From Providencia phage PSTCR7, in the sequence record MW057861.1: 32,000 nt of DNA; one strand, given 5' to 3'. Every line of letters begins with the position of its first letter. Positions within the stretch are counted from its first letter, which is position 1. The translations under genes were made by a program, and so were the position numbers. The notes under the pieces are model-generated. The model did not search any database. It had not been told where the DNA came from and saw only the letters and a list, made by a program, of their open reading frames with translations. Shown piece after piece: positions 18,149-26,701 of this stretch.

Positions 18149-18281
18149 GGAGTCAACTTTGTTTGCATTGCATAATATAAAGCTCACTTGGTTCACTAAG
18201 TTAGTATTTCACTTGGTTTACGCTGTTTAATATAACTTACTTCAATAGTTAACGCAAATGGATATTATTTTGTATTAATAC

Positions 18282-18310
18282 TTGCACAGATTAAAAATAT
18301 GTCATATATT
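18282..18310 (+). promoter_or_regulatory. Promoter for the small + strand ORF
   Basis: TTGCAC (18282-18287), 17-bp spacer, TATATT (18305-18310). Confidence 0.6.
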
Positions 18311-18334
18311 TATAGTTAAACAAAGGAGATTACA

Positions 18335-18514
18335 ATGACTAGATACTTGATACCAGGCAGACAAAATGAAGAAGGGATTTTTGTTTGGGGATACAAAGGA
18401 ACATCCGTTGTTGTTATTGAAGATTTAAATGACACTCCTAGCTATACAATAGAGGGGGAATTTATCTCATATAATTCTATTGAAGAGTTGGAATATTTTA
18501 ATAACATTCATTAA
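18335..18514 (+). CDS. 59-aa small protein, not in supplied ORF track
   Basis: AAAGGAGATTACA-ATG (strong Shine-Dalgarno); MTRYLIPGRQNEEGIFVWGYKGTSVVVIEDLNDTPSYTIEGEFISYNSIEELEYFNNIH*; own promoter; ends at a hairpin. Confidence 0.8.
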   Translation: MTRYLIPGRQNEEGIFVWGYKGTSVVVIEDLNDTPSYTIEGEFISYNSIEELEYFNNIH

Positions 18515-18534
18515 AAATGGGGCGTTTGCCCCAT
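18512..18534. terminator. Shared (bidirectional) terminator, best on the minus strand
   Basis: ATGGGGC-GTTT-GCCCCAT hairpin at 18517-18534; minus strand continues TTTTTAA after the stem. Between convergent ORFs 18335..18514(+) and 18568..20913(-). Confidence 0.75.
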
Positions 18535-18567
18535 TGTTGTATTAGAAATCCGGATGCTCATCTTTCA

Positions 18568-20913
18568 TCAAAAATCCCCATCATTCATAATATACCAGCA
18601 ATGTCCTTTAAACTTAAGCTCTGCTTTACGTTGGTCTGTAACAGGCACCAATGCTCCCATACTTACAAAATCGTTTATAACGTTAGTACACGCTCGCATA
18701 TGACCTTCTCTTGCTTTGTAGAAACTGGATTTATTACGAGTTGCTTTAACAATATCACTTTTCGTGATAATACCAAGAGTCTTAAGATCGTCCCTTGCAG
18801 GTTTTATCTTACTCTTACCTGTGCGATATAATCTTATTACTTCACTCATTGCTAAGTTTCTAGAATCATCGTCGACACCAATGTCACCACTCCTCCATCT
18901 TTCTAGCATTAGATTTAAACCATGATTTGAAAAATCTATCGCCCATTGAACATGAGTAGTCGTAACAATAGGGTTAAAGCAATTATCTGCTGTTGCAAGT
19001 AAAGCAGCCAAACGTAGTACCTTTAAATGCGCCCTGTTCCACGCTTGCCTTACTGCTTCGTCTTGTGTTGCGTTGATATTCTTGTCGCACAAGTCGTTAT
19101 ATGCGTCGCACATTTTCTCAGCATTGGGATCAAATTGCACCAATGTATTTTGATATCTGCTATTAAGGGTTAACGACTGTGTAACTAATGTGGCTATCTG
19201 CATATACAAATCTTCAGACAACCTTTCAACAGGGTTTTTATTTAAAGGAGGTCTATCTCCAGAATATTGAACAATATGCCAACGACTTAAAAAACCATCC
19301 TCCATCATATCCTTTGTTAAACTTTCAAAAAATTGAGAAGGTGTGGTTTCCCCCATTATACTAAAGGCAACACCAGTTGTTGTCTGTGTGTTGTTTTCAT
19401 GATTTGAATATGCAACACCACTAACACGAGAACTAGGTCCAGACTTTTGATACACATCTGTTAAGTCTGCACGAAAAGATGACATAGGCCCACCTGCTGG
19501 ATCTGTTGCCATTCTTTTAATAATTTTACCTATTTCCCCGTTAATATTGACAAAGCATTGATTTTTTGTAAACTCCTTTCTTAATGCAGGTCCTGACGCA
19601 AACTTTGTCATATTTACGAAGTCGCCAGACGCTGGAATTGTTTGTTGTAATTGAGATGTAATTAAAGAAACACCTGTGTTAAGAGCTTCTTTACCAACTC
19701 CAGATTGAGCAATAAGAATAAAGTAACCATTAAGTCCGGATTGCGGAATATACCATGCTTTACCGCACACTCCCGCCAAGTAGCCTAATGCAGTAACAAT
19801 GGAAACTTCTTTAACTGGTCGCATAGAAGAATGATAAATGAATTTAGCAATCTCTCCAGCAAGTCCAGGAGGCCAGGATAAAGACTTAGGACCTTTTGTT
19901 GTCACTTCAGGTATAACCACATTGTTATTCGTTGTAACTATTGGTAATTCTTGTGATGCTAATTGCTGAATGTTTTCTAAGGTATCTCTTGAATTATTTA
20001 AGTTTTGAACAAATGCAATTGCTTGCTGTTCTACCTGTTGCAACTCTATTTTTTCTCGTTGTTGCCTTGCACGACATAAAGAAATAGTAAGATCTATATA
20101 TCGATTGTCTTTTACTGCTTTTTCGCGTTTGCCTAATTCAGAATATCTGAATAAACGCCTGCATTGCTCATTACTCTCGCTGTAAAATGTAAACATAGAC
20201 ATTAATGCAAGATCTGCTTCTGATTGAGATTGGTAATTTAATTCTTGCCACCGCCCCTCAAACAGTATATTGAATTTATCAGAGTTGTCGGCTGTGCTTG
20301 CTTTTATCCATATAGCTTCGTCAGATTCTGTCGGTTCAATCTCTTCTAAATCTATTTTTGAATCTTTTCTTGCTTGTACAATTTCGTCGACTAGCATTTG
20401 CAAGTATAATTGACGCTCAGCAACTGGTTTGGCAGGATTATTCATACTGTTACCAGTAAAGACAATAAATCTTCCTTTACTGTATACTTCAACGCCGTCT
20501 CGTTTGACACCTGATTCTGTGTTCCCATACACAACTATATGTACACCTTTACCGCTAGAACTTACTTCGCTATAACTGTCAAAGGTTGCAATAATATGTT
20601 CAAATCTTCTTAATTGTTCAGGTGTAGTCCATAAGTGCGGGTTACTTGGTTCATTATCTGCGTCTTTAACATCTAGGTCTATTACTGCAAACGGATCGTT
20701 TTCCGTAAGAGCAAAACCAACAGATAAATCATATGCACCTGCAAGACTCATTGCATCTTCATATGTCATATAACACGCTGGATTTGTGGGGTCTCCTTTT
20801 ATAACGCCGTATTGAGAATGCCAATACGAGGGAACTTTATATTCACCTTTTTCGTTTTTTGTTCCAACCATCCATTGATTATAGGACTTCATTACATCGG
20901 GAATAAAGTTCAT
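18568..20913 (-). CDS. Primase-polymerase/DUF3987-type replication protein
   Basis: N-terminus with VGFALTENDPFAVIDLDVKDADN and SSSGKGVHIVVYG...GVEVYSKGRFIVFTG; C-terminal DUF3987-like LIAQSGVGKEAL...FASGPALRKEF...INGEIGKIIKRM. Confidence 0.75.
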   Translation of the reverse strand: MNFIPDVMKSYNQWMVGTKNEKGEYKVPSYWHSQYGVIKGDPTNPACYMTYEDAMSLAGAYDLSVGFALTENDPFAVIDLDVKDADNEPSNPHLWTTPEQLRRFEHIIATFDSYSEVSSSGKGVHIVVYGNTESGVKRDGVEVYSKGRFIVFTGNSMNNPAKPVAERQLYLQMLVDEIVQARKDSKIDLEEIEPTESDEAIWIKASTADNSDKFNILFEGRWQELNYQSQSEADLALMSMFTFYSESNEQCRRLFRYSELGKREKAVKDNRYIDLTISLCRARQQREKIELQQVEQQAIAFVQNLNNSRDTLENIQQLASQELPIVTTNNNVVIPEVTTKGPKSLSWPPGLAGEIAKFIYHSSMRPVKEVSIVTALGYLAGVCGKAWYIPQSGLNGYFILIAQSGVGKEALNTGVSLITSQLQQTIPASGDFVNMTKFASGPALRKEFTKNQCFVNINGEIGKIIKRMATDPAGGPMSSFRADLTDVYQKSGPSSRVSGVAYSNHENNTQTTTGVAFSIMGETTPSQFFESLTKDMMEDGFLSRWHIVQYSGDRPPLNKNPVERLSEDLYMQIATLVTQSLTLNSRYQNTLVQFDPNAEKMCDAYNDLCDKNINATQDEAVRQAWNRAHLKVLRLAALLATADNCFNPIVTTTHVQWAIDFSNHGLNLMLERWRSGDIGVDDDSRNLAMSEVIRLYRTGKSKIKPARDDLKTLGIITKSDIVKATRNKSSFYKAREGHMRACTNVINDFVSMGALVPVTDQRKAELKFKGHCWYIMNDGDF

Positions 20914-20915
20914 TA

Positions 20916-21131
20916 TTAGATATTCCTTTTGTTTTTACTATATTCTTCCAATACGGAATGGATAGTCCCATTTCTTTCATAAATAAAACAGGAGCCTACT
21001 TTAATAGCTCCTGGCAATTTTCCAGTTTTTCTAAGATAGGAAAGCATGTAAACACTCACCCCATATAGTTCGCTCAATTCTGATACTGTAATATATTGCT
21101 GATTGAAATTATGTTGCGCACTATTAACCAT
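20916..21131 (-). CDS. Small helix-turn-helix (excisionase/MerR-like) protein
   Basis: YITVSELSELYGVSVYMLSYLRKTGKLPGAIKVGSCFIYERN resembles HTH_17-type DNA-binding domains. Confidence 0.6.
   Translation of the reverse strand: MVNSAQHNFNQQYITVSELSELYGVSVYMLSYLRKTGKLPGAIKVGSCFIYERNGTIHSVLEEYSKNKRNI
20989..21013 (-). promoter_or_regulatory. Terminator-like hairpin inside ORF 20916..21131
   Basis: Minus strand CAGGAGC-11 nt-GCTCCTG-TTTTATTTAT; perfect 7-bp stem plus T-rich tail within coding sequence. Confidence 0.4.
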
Positions 21132-21198
21132 GCAATCCTCCTATTATAAGCAGGTTATTATATTTAAAATGTTTAAAGGAAAGCAAGCTGACACTAAA

Positions 21199-21474
21199 TT
21201 ATTTAATAAATTGCATTGTTTCTTTATTTCGGATAATTTTATACGTCACCATATTTCTATTAACAATATCATTAACATTATCACATTCAATAATACCAAG
21301 ATCTGCCAATCTTTTCATTCTTATAATAAGTTGCGATTTAGTCAAGCCTAACGAATCGCACAGTGTGGTCACATCCTTAATTTTTCTTACTGTAAATGCG
21401 TAGGATTGTTCCGGTTTCTTAACAAAAGGAAATTGAATTAATGTTCTTAATGTAACAGTAAGAGCTATATTCAT
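21199..21474 (-). CDS. Small winged-helix-like protein
   Basis: 91 aa; LTKSQLIIRMKRLADLGIIECDNV...VTYKI suggests a winged-helix fold. Confidence 0.5.
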   Translation of the reverse strand: MNIALTVTLRTLIQFPFVKKPEQSYAFTVRKIKDVTTLCDSLGLTKSQLIIRMKRLADLGIIECDNVNDIVNRNMVTYKIIRNKETMQFIK

Positions 21475-21764
21475 TATTTTATCCTGTCCGTTGATAATAA
21501 CGATAATTCTGCTTCAAGTTTAGAAACATCCCAACCTAACGCAAGCCTTCTTTTTATCTGAAGTGTTATAAATTCTGCTTTACCGTGTCTTGTTGCTTTG
21601 TAACAAATTTCGGATAAATTTTCGTATTCTTTTTTAATAAATCCTTGACGTTCCATTTTATCTAAAGCTGATTGAACATCTTCTTTAAGGAACTTTCTTA
21701 CAGCAATGTAACCGGCTGGTTGATTTGCAAAATATAAAATAGAATCTCTACTTGTCTTAAACAT
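21474..21764 (-). CDS. Small winged-helix-like protein
   Basis: 96 aa; VRKFLKEDVQSALDKMERQGFIKKEYENLSEICYKATRHG; coupled to its neighbour. Confidence 0.5.
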   Translation of the reverse strand: MFKTSRDSILYFANQPAGYIAVRKFLKEDVQSALDKMERQGFIKKEYENLSEICYKATRHGKAEFITLQIKRRLALGWDVSKLEAELSLLSTDRIK

Positions 21765-22110
21765 TGATTATCCTTAATTTTCCAAATTCATATTTAACAT
21801 TAACAACATTATAAGCTGCTCGTTTTTTATAATTTAATGTAACCACATTGCTATTGATTATGAATTTCATGTCGTACATTGGTATACACAATTCTTTATC
21901 CAAAGTCATAGCGTCGAATGTTTCCGTATTTAATTGATGTTCTGTTATGTTAAGAAGGGATAACATTTCTTGTTTGTTATTCCTAACATAATTTAAGAAC
22001 AGTGTGGACAAATTAAGGCGCACATCTTTGGTCATATATGTGTGTTTAACAGGTAGCACAATGTGAACGCCTTTAAATTTGAGCAAGAAACCTTTAGTAA
22101 CTTTCTTCAT
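21757..22110 (-). CDS. Hypothetical protein
   Basis: 117-aa ORF, overlapping its neighbours. Confidence 0.6.
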   Translation of the reverse strand: MKKVTKGFLLKFKGVHIVLPVKHTYMTKDVRLNLSTLFLNYVRNNKQEMLSLLNITEHQLNTETFDAMTLDKELCIPMYDMKFIINSNVVTLNYKKRAAYNVVNVKYEFGKLRIINV

Positions 22111-22408
22111 TATAAGTATCGCTCATTAAACAATATGCATTAGCTGCGGATCTTAATTCCTGTTTAGTGTACGCAATAGATTTATGTTTAATCATTTCGT
22201 ACAATATACCATATTGCTCAACTGTTTTATCTTCCTGTGTTTTGGATTTAACATACCCGTTAATGAAATCATGTGTGTAACCTTTATCACGTAACACATA
22301 ATAATTTTCAAAACCTTCTGCAAAATTAATACACAGTTCTTCTTTAATACTAGAACCCATTGCAAAAGGGGAAATTAAACATGTTAGTAAAACAATAGAC
22401 TTAAACAT
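22094..22408 (-). CDS. Putative exported small protein
   Basis: N-terminus MFKSIVLLTCLISPFAMGSS resembles a cleavable signal peptide. Confidence 0.6.
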   Translation of the reverse strand: MFKSIVLLTCLISPFAMGSSIKEELCINFAEGFENYYVLRDKGYTHDFINGYVKSKTQEDKTVEQYGILYEMIKHKSIAYTKQELRSAANAYCLMSDTYNEESY

Positions 22409-22481
22409 AGTATAGTTCCTATTATAATCAACCTTAAAATTAAAAACTTCCAGCTTGTGCTTGCACGATAAATATGAGTTT

Positions 22482-22904
22482 TCATAATAAGTAATTTAAA
22501 GATGTAAAGAATGCATTTCCTTCGTAAGCTCTAACAGAAATAATAAGTTGAATGACAGGATCTCTCTTTAGAAATTCTCGGAAAGATTCAGAACGCAAAT
22601 CCGAAGAATTGTCGATTAAAGAATTAAAAGACTTAACTAATCCGTTTAAAGAAGTGTTATTTAAAAGCTCCTTATTTTTATCGTAAGCTTCTTTTGCAGA
22701 CATTGGTTTAGGTGCAGGTATACGATCGTGTAAAGGGGGTGCAGGCATTGGCGGTGTTGCTGGTTGAGGCTTGCCTTTATCACAAAAATATTCAATTTCA
22801 CTTTTTAATTTAGCTTTAATTAAGATAGAAATTTGAATTAACAATTCTGAATAAAAATCGTTAATTGTTTTTTGATCGTTTGATGGTACAGATGGAATAA
22901 ACAT
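22482..22904 (-). CDS. Hypothetical protein with proline-rich segment
   Basis: 140 aa with KPQPATPPMPAPPLHDRIPAPKP. Confidence 0.6.
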   Translation of the reverse strand: MFIPSVPSNDQKTINDFYSELLIQISILIKAKLKSEIEYFCDKGKPQPATPPMPAPPLHDRIPAPKPMSAKEAYDKNKELLNNTSLNGLVKSFNSLIDNSSDLRSESFREFLKRDPVIQLIISVRAYEGNAFFTSLNYLL

Positions 22905-22967
22905 AAAATGTCTCCTATTTAGTTTGTATATTTACTTTAAAACACTTCAAAACAATAGTCAAATAAA

Positions 22968-23180
22968 TTAAAGGTCTTCCATAGACCAAACACATGACAT
23001 TCCGCCCAAGTTATTGTAATAACAAAGCATATTCTCATCCTTGTCATAATGTTTGTAAATTTTAACTTCAGTTTGTTTTGGTTGCATCTTTTCTTGCAAT
23101 GCAAATGTGCTTATCAATATCATAAATGCAAGAAAAATAATTGTCAGTGTTTGTAATATTGCCTTAATAATAGCTTTCAT
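22968..23180 (-). CDS. Small single-pass membrane protein
   Basis: 70 aa with one hydrophobic helix (LQTLTIIFLAFMILISTFAL). Confidence 0.6.
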   Translation of the reverse strand: MKAIIKAILQTLTIIFLAFMILISTFALQEKMQPKQTEVKIYKHYDKDENMLCYYNNLGGMSCVWSMEDL

Positions 23181-23183
23181 AAT

Positions 23184-23636
23184 TCACCATAATTTAGGTG
23201 GTTGATTCATTAAAGGTATTTTAGTTTCTTCTTTCAAATGTCCCATAAATAAAAATTCACTTCTCAATTCGCATTGTTCTAAAATATTAGTAGCACGAAA
23301 CAAAATAGCAGAACAAACTTTACCTATTGTCGTATTTTGTTTTTTAGTACCTACCCAATGGTCTTTATAAAGATATCCATAAGTGTCGGATATTTGCCTT
23401 ACCGCACTTTCTTTATAAACTATTCTCAGTTTGTCAGAATTTTTATGGAAACCTTCGGATAACCCTTCTATACACAAATTAAAACGAAAATAATCACTTT
23501 CCCAATTAACATCTTCCCTTGCGCCGGCTTTAATATATAATCCCCCATAAGGAATATAATTTGTTTCTATCTTATTCACACCAAGTAACATTTTCAAATC
23601 GTCTGTTACCTTTTCAATAATACCATCAGCTGTCAT
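23184..23636 (-). CDS. Hypothetical protein
   Basis: 150-aa ORF within the tight gene array. Confidence 0.6.
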   Translation of the reverse strand: MTADGIIEKVTDDLKMLLGVNKIETNYIPYGGLYIKAGAREDVNWESDYFRFNLCIEGLSEGFHKNSDKLRIVYKESAVRQISDTYGYLYKDHWVGTKKQNTTIGKVCSAILFRATNILEQCELRSEFLFMGHLKEETKIPLMNQPPKLW

Positions 23637-23638
23637 AA

Positions 23639-24127
23639 TTACCTCTTAAATACAGGCATACACGAACCAAATTCTCTACGTATTGCTGCGCATCGTTTAC
23701 TACAAGATAATGCCCATCCTCTTTTCAAATCAGCAACTCGCGCCTCGTATTGTTGCCCACAACTACATTGCATTAAAACTTTAGAACATTTAACACTTTT
23801 AATTAATTGCTTAATTGTTTTACTTGCTTTCTTTTTCTTTTTAATTTTTATCGAGGTAAGAGAAGCATCTGTTATTTTGTTTTTACGATTATATAATTCG
23901 TCTTCTAGTAATGAAACCCAGGCTTCCCATTTATGAGTGTCGCATTCCCATGTTGCGCTATCCGCGTTATGTTGACAAAGTCTTATTGCATTTTTAATGT
24001 GGTTATCTGACATTTTGCAAATACTAATGGATGTTCCATCCCTTTGAACCCACTTACCGTCAGCCAAACCTTCTTCATATTCGTCATAAACAGGTTCGTA
24101 GGCTCCCATGTCATAAGCTTCACTCAT
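23639..24127 (-). CDS. Hypothetical protein with C-terminal Cys cluster (possible zinc ribbon)
   Basis: 162 aa; KVLMQCSCGQQYEARVADLKRGWALSCSKRCAAIRREF. Confidence 0.6.
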   Translation of the reverse strand: MSEAYDMGAYEPVYDEYEEGLADGKWVQRDGTSISICKMSDNHIKNAIRLCQHNADSATWECDTHKWEAWVSLLEDELYNRKNKITDASLTSIKIKKKKKASKTIKQLIKSVKCSKVLMQCSCGQQYEARVADLKRGWALSCSKRCAAIRREFGSCMPVFKR

Positions 24128-24401
24128 TGTGTTTCACCTCTAGTAAACTAACTGAAGTTAAGAAAACTTTTCCAAAATTAATTATATTAGAATACGGTTT
24201 ACACATATCTTCAAATGTTTCTTTGAAATGATTGTGTGTTTGTAAATGATGATATAATTGTTCTAAAGGTGCATTTGTATCGATTATTGCACTAGCTCTA
24301 AATGTAATTCGCTCTATAAGATCTTGTTTCATAATTTCATTGTATTTAGATACTTCAATAGTATTCTCTGCTAACACAAAGAAAGTTCTAGTAATATTCA
24401 T
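24120..24401 (-). CDS. Hypothetical protein
   Basis: 93-aa ORF overlapping its neighbours by a few bases. Confidence 0.5.
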   Translation of the reverse strand: MNITRTFFVLAENTIEVSKYNEIMKQDLIERITFRASAIIDTNAPLEQLYHHLQTHNHFKETFEDMCKPYSNIINFGKVFLTSVSLLEVKHNE

Positions 24402-24646
24402 AATAAAGGTTCCCTTAACCCTGTAAACACATATTTATCTGTGTAAGCATGGTAAATATGATATTCTGTGCAAACAATACCGTAATAAGTTCCGCCAGCC
24501 CAACATCTCGCATCTTGATCGGCAATAATAAAATCCCACTGCTCGTCATTTAATGCTATAAGGGAATTAATGATATCGTCGTCTTTTTGTTTTTGTTCTA
24601 ATTCTTTCATTTTTTGAATAATGAATCTACCTAATATAGTAACCAT
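24398..24646 (-). CDS. Hypothetical protein
   Basis: 82-aa ORF; 4-base overlap with its neighbour. Confidence 0.5.
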   Translation of the reverse strand: MVTILGRFIIQKMKELEQKQKDDDIINSLIALNDEQWDFIIADQDARCWAGGTYYGIVCTEYHIYHAYTDKYVFTGLREPLL

Positions 24647-24696
24647 ATCATAATCCTGTTTTTAAACGAACAGTATATAGAACCTTTTCTACTTCT

Positions 24697-24909
24697 TTAT
24701 GCACCTCTTTTTTCTGTTATTGCTTTCAAATAATTATCTAAATTAAGATTTGCATCAATACATGCTTGTTGAAGTTGCACCCGCTTTTTGTAATCTGTAC
24801 CTCCAGATAAAAATCCTTTAGATGACAAATAAATCAAGTATGCATTAGTTGCATCGTTAACTTCTTTGCGTAATTTTTGAATAGTGTCAAATTCTGATTT
24901 AGTTAACAT
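24697..24909 (-). CDS. Hypothetical protein
   Basis: 70-aa ORF. Confidence 0.5.
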   Translation of the reverse strand: MLTKSEFDTIQKLRKEVNDATNAYLIYLSSKGFLSGGTDYKKRVQLQQACIDANLNLDNYLKAITEKRGA

Positions 24910-25130
24910 TTTTCACCCTCGATATTCCAAGTTGATTTTTTAATCAAGTATGTAGCTGTTCGACGATTCCAAAGCTCAACAGAAGACATAGGTTTATAAC
25001 TTCCGCTTACTTCAAGAAAACAATTCAAACATTGAGTTTTGTCTTCCATTTTAGTTTGTTCGTTTCCTCGCGTCCAATGTGCTTCATTGCCGCAGCAAGG
25101 ACAACCGTTTATTATAAATTTTTTAGCCAT
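24903..25130 (-). CDS. Lar-like (restriction alleviation) zinc-ribbon protein
   Basis: GCPCCGNEAHW...TQCLNCFLEVSGSYKPMSSVELWNRRT follows the Lar-family CPxCG...CxxC...AxxxWNRR pattern. Confidence 0.6.
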   Translation of the reverse strand: MAKKFIINGCPCCGNEAHWTRGNEQTKMEDKTQCLNCFLEVSGSYKPMSSVELWNRRTATYLIKKSTWNIEGEKC

Positions 25131-25140
25131 ACAACATACC

Positions 25141-25443
25141 TTATTTACCCATCATATTTATAGTTCCAAGAAGATATATAGCAAGATCATATCTTTCAGA
25201 AGGAGTTAAAGCAGTTGTTATAGAAATTGGTTCAGGTAACACATTAGAATCACAATCTGTTTCTTTATGAATTTCTAATACAACTTCGTCAAACACGCTT
25301 TGTTTATGAACAAATAAATAACTCCCGTTGTTATGATAGCATTTTTCTATACATTGAAAATCTTTATGCCTCCGAGCATCACTGTTAAATTCTTCAGCTT
25401 TAAAGTAGGAAAATTTTGATAATAACTCCTCGACTTTATGCAT
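25141..25443 (-). CDS. Hypothetical protein
   Basis: 100-aa ORF. Confidence 0.55.
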   Translation of the reverse strand: MHKVEELLSKFSYFKAEEFNSDARRHKDFQCIEKCYHNNGSYLFVHKQSVFDEVVLEIHKETDCDSNVLPEPISITTALTPSERYDLAIYLLGTINMMGK

Positions 25444-25666
25444 TTAAATTCACCCTATCTTTATATAACATAAACAACACATGAACACAGTGAACAAGTG
25501 CAGGTCTTCTGCGAATATGTAATGTGGTTATATTCTTATAATCACCATTAGGCAACATTTCATCTACGACATAATAAGCACCTAAATTATAAATCCTATA
25601 ACCTATGTTACGAAGTAAGCGACATTTTTGATTAAATGTAACCACATTATTAATGTTTAATTCCAT
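25436..25666 (-). CDS. Hypothetical protein
   Basis: 76-aa ORF. Confidence 0.5.
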   Translation of the reverse strand: MELNINNVVTFNQKCRLLRNIGYRIYNLGAYYVVDEMLPNGDYKNITTLHIRRRPALVHCVHVLFMLYKDRVNLNA

Positions 25667-26003
25667 AAGGACTCCATAAACCTAATTTAATATTCGTGTA
25701 ACGTTCGTGCAAACATTTAAGATTATAATCTATAAAGTCTAGAACTTGTTGTCTGCTACCTGTTAAGTTTCCACCAACTAATTTATGTTGAACAAAGTAC
25801 AATTCAAAACCTGTAGAAACAATTTCAACTCTGTCGTACTGACCATCTTTGGTGATGTTAAGCATAAATACAACAGGCTCTGTTCTATATGGGTAATAAG
25901 ACTCTATAATTTTGATATCGTATAACCCATAATCACTATTGTTAAAAGGAATATGAAAGTTTTTAAAATACTTGGATAAGATATCGTTTAACTGGTTGCG
26001 CAT
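25650..26003 (-). CDS. Hypothetical protein
   Basis: 117-aa ORF. Confidence 0.6.
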   Translation of the reverse strand: MRNQLNDILSKYFKNFHIPFNNSDYGLYDIKIIESYYPYRTEPVVFMLNITKDGQYDRVEIVSTGFELYFVQHKLVGGNLTGSRQQVLDFIDYNLKCLHERYTNIKLGLWSPYGIKH

Positions 26004-26064
26004 AACTCCACCTATTTGTTTAACTGATTATAGGACTTTAGTTCCCAGTGATGCAAGCGGTTTC

Positions 26065-26277
26065 TTACTTTTCCTTAAAGTTTTTTAACACCACATGACG
26101 CAAAGAACCATCTCGGGAATACCAATCGCGCATAACTTTACAATGACCTCTGTTAATATTACCCCAACCAGTAGCACGAGTCCAATGTCGCCACTTGCGA
26201 GTATCTTTATTAAAGTACAGAACAGTTTTTGTTATATCCGTTCCGCGCTCAACAATATTATAAACAACTGTATTCAC
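26065..26277 (-). CDS. Small protein resembling the C-terminal block of ORF 26258..26701
   Basis: DITKTVLYFNKDTRKWRHWTRATGWGNINRG...W vs VRITQYVYYNNELQCWRFRSSNNTKWHTINNS...W. Confidence 0.6.
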   Translation of the reverse strand: MNTVVYNIVERGTDITKTVLYFNKDTRKWRHWTRATGWGNINRGHCKVMRDWYSRDGSLRHVVLKNFKEK

Positions 26278-26701
26278 GTTCGCGCTCCTTAAAGTTGTTA
26301 ACAGTTACAACAGTATAACGACCATATCGGCCGGACCATAAGTTAAACATTTTACTCGCTTGGCTGTTGTTAATAGTATGCCACTTGGTATTATTCGACG
26401 AACGAAATCGCCAACATTGTAACTCGTTATTATAATAAACATATTGAGTTATTCGAACACCTTTGAAGATATGAACTTTAGTTTGCATTGTTATGTTCTT
26501 TTTAATTTGTTCACACTCCTGCTTAGTTCCTTCCATTAATACCCTAACAATAGTCACATTTTTAACAGGATCAATGTGGTCAATAACAACGAGCTTATAA
26601 TAATTCGGAGCCAATTCATGTATTACTAAATCACCCACTTTAATTTCCATAAAACATATCCCTCGCATATTCGCATTCTTCTTTAGTGCCAACATGAACA
26701 A
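26258..26701 (-). CDS. Small protein sharing blocks with both neighbours
   Basis: VGDLVIHELAPNYYKLVVIDHIDP...EGTKQECEQIKKN block. A later Met (MEIKVGDL) may be the true start. Confidence 0.6.
   Translation of the reverse strand: MFMLALKKNANMRGICFMEIKVGDLVIHELAPNYYKLVVIDHIDPVKNVTIVRVLMEGTKQECEQIKKNITMQTKVHIFKGVRITQYVYYNNELQCWRFRSSNNTKWHTINNSQASKMFNLWSGRYGRYTVVTVNNFKEREREYSCL

Noticed and set aside
24031-24231. + strand ORFs 24031..24231, 26095..26292, 26850..27056, 21103..21351, 18517..18831
   Set aside because: Antisense to, or overlapping, a consistent run of minus-strand genes, without recognisable products.
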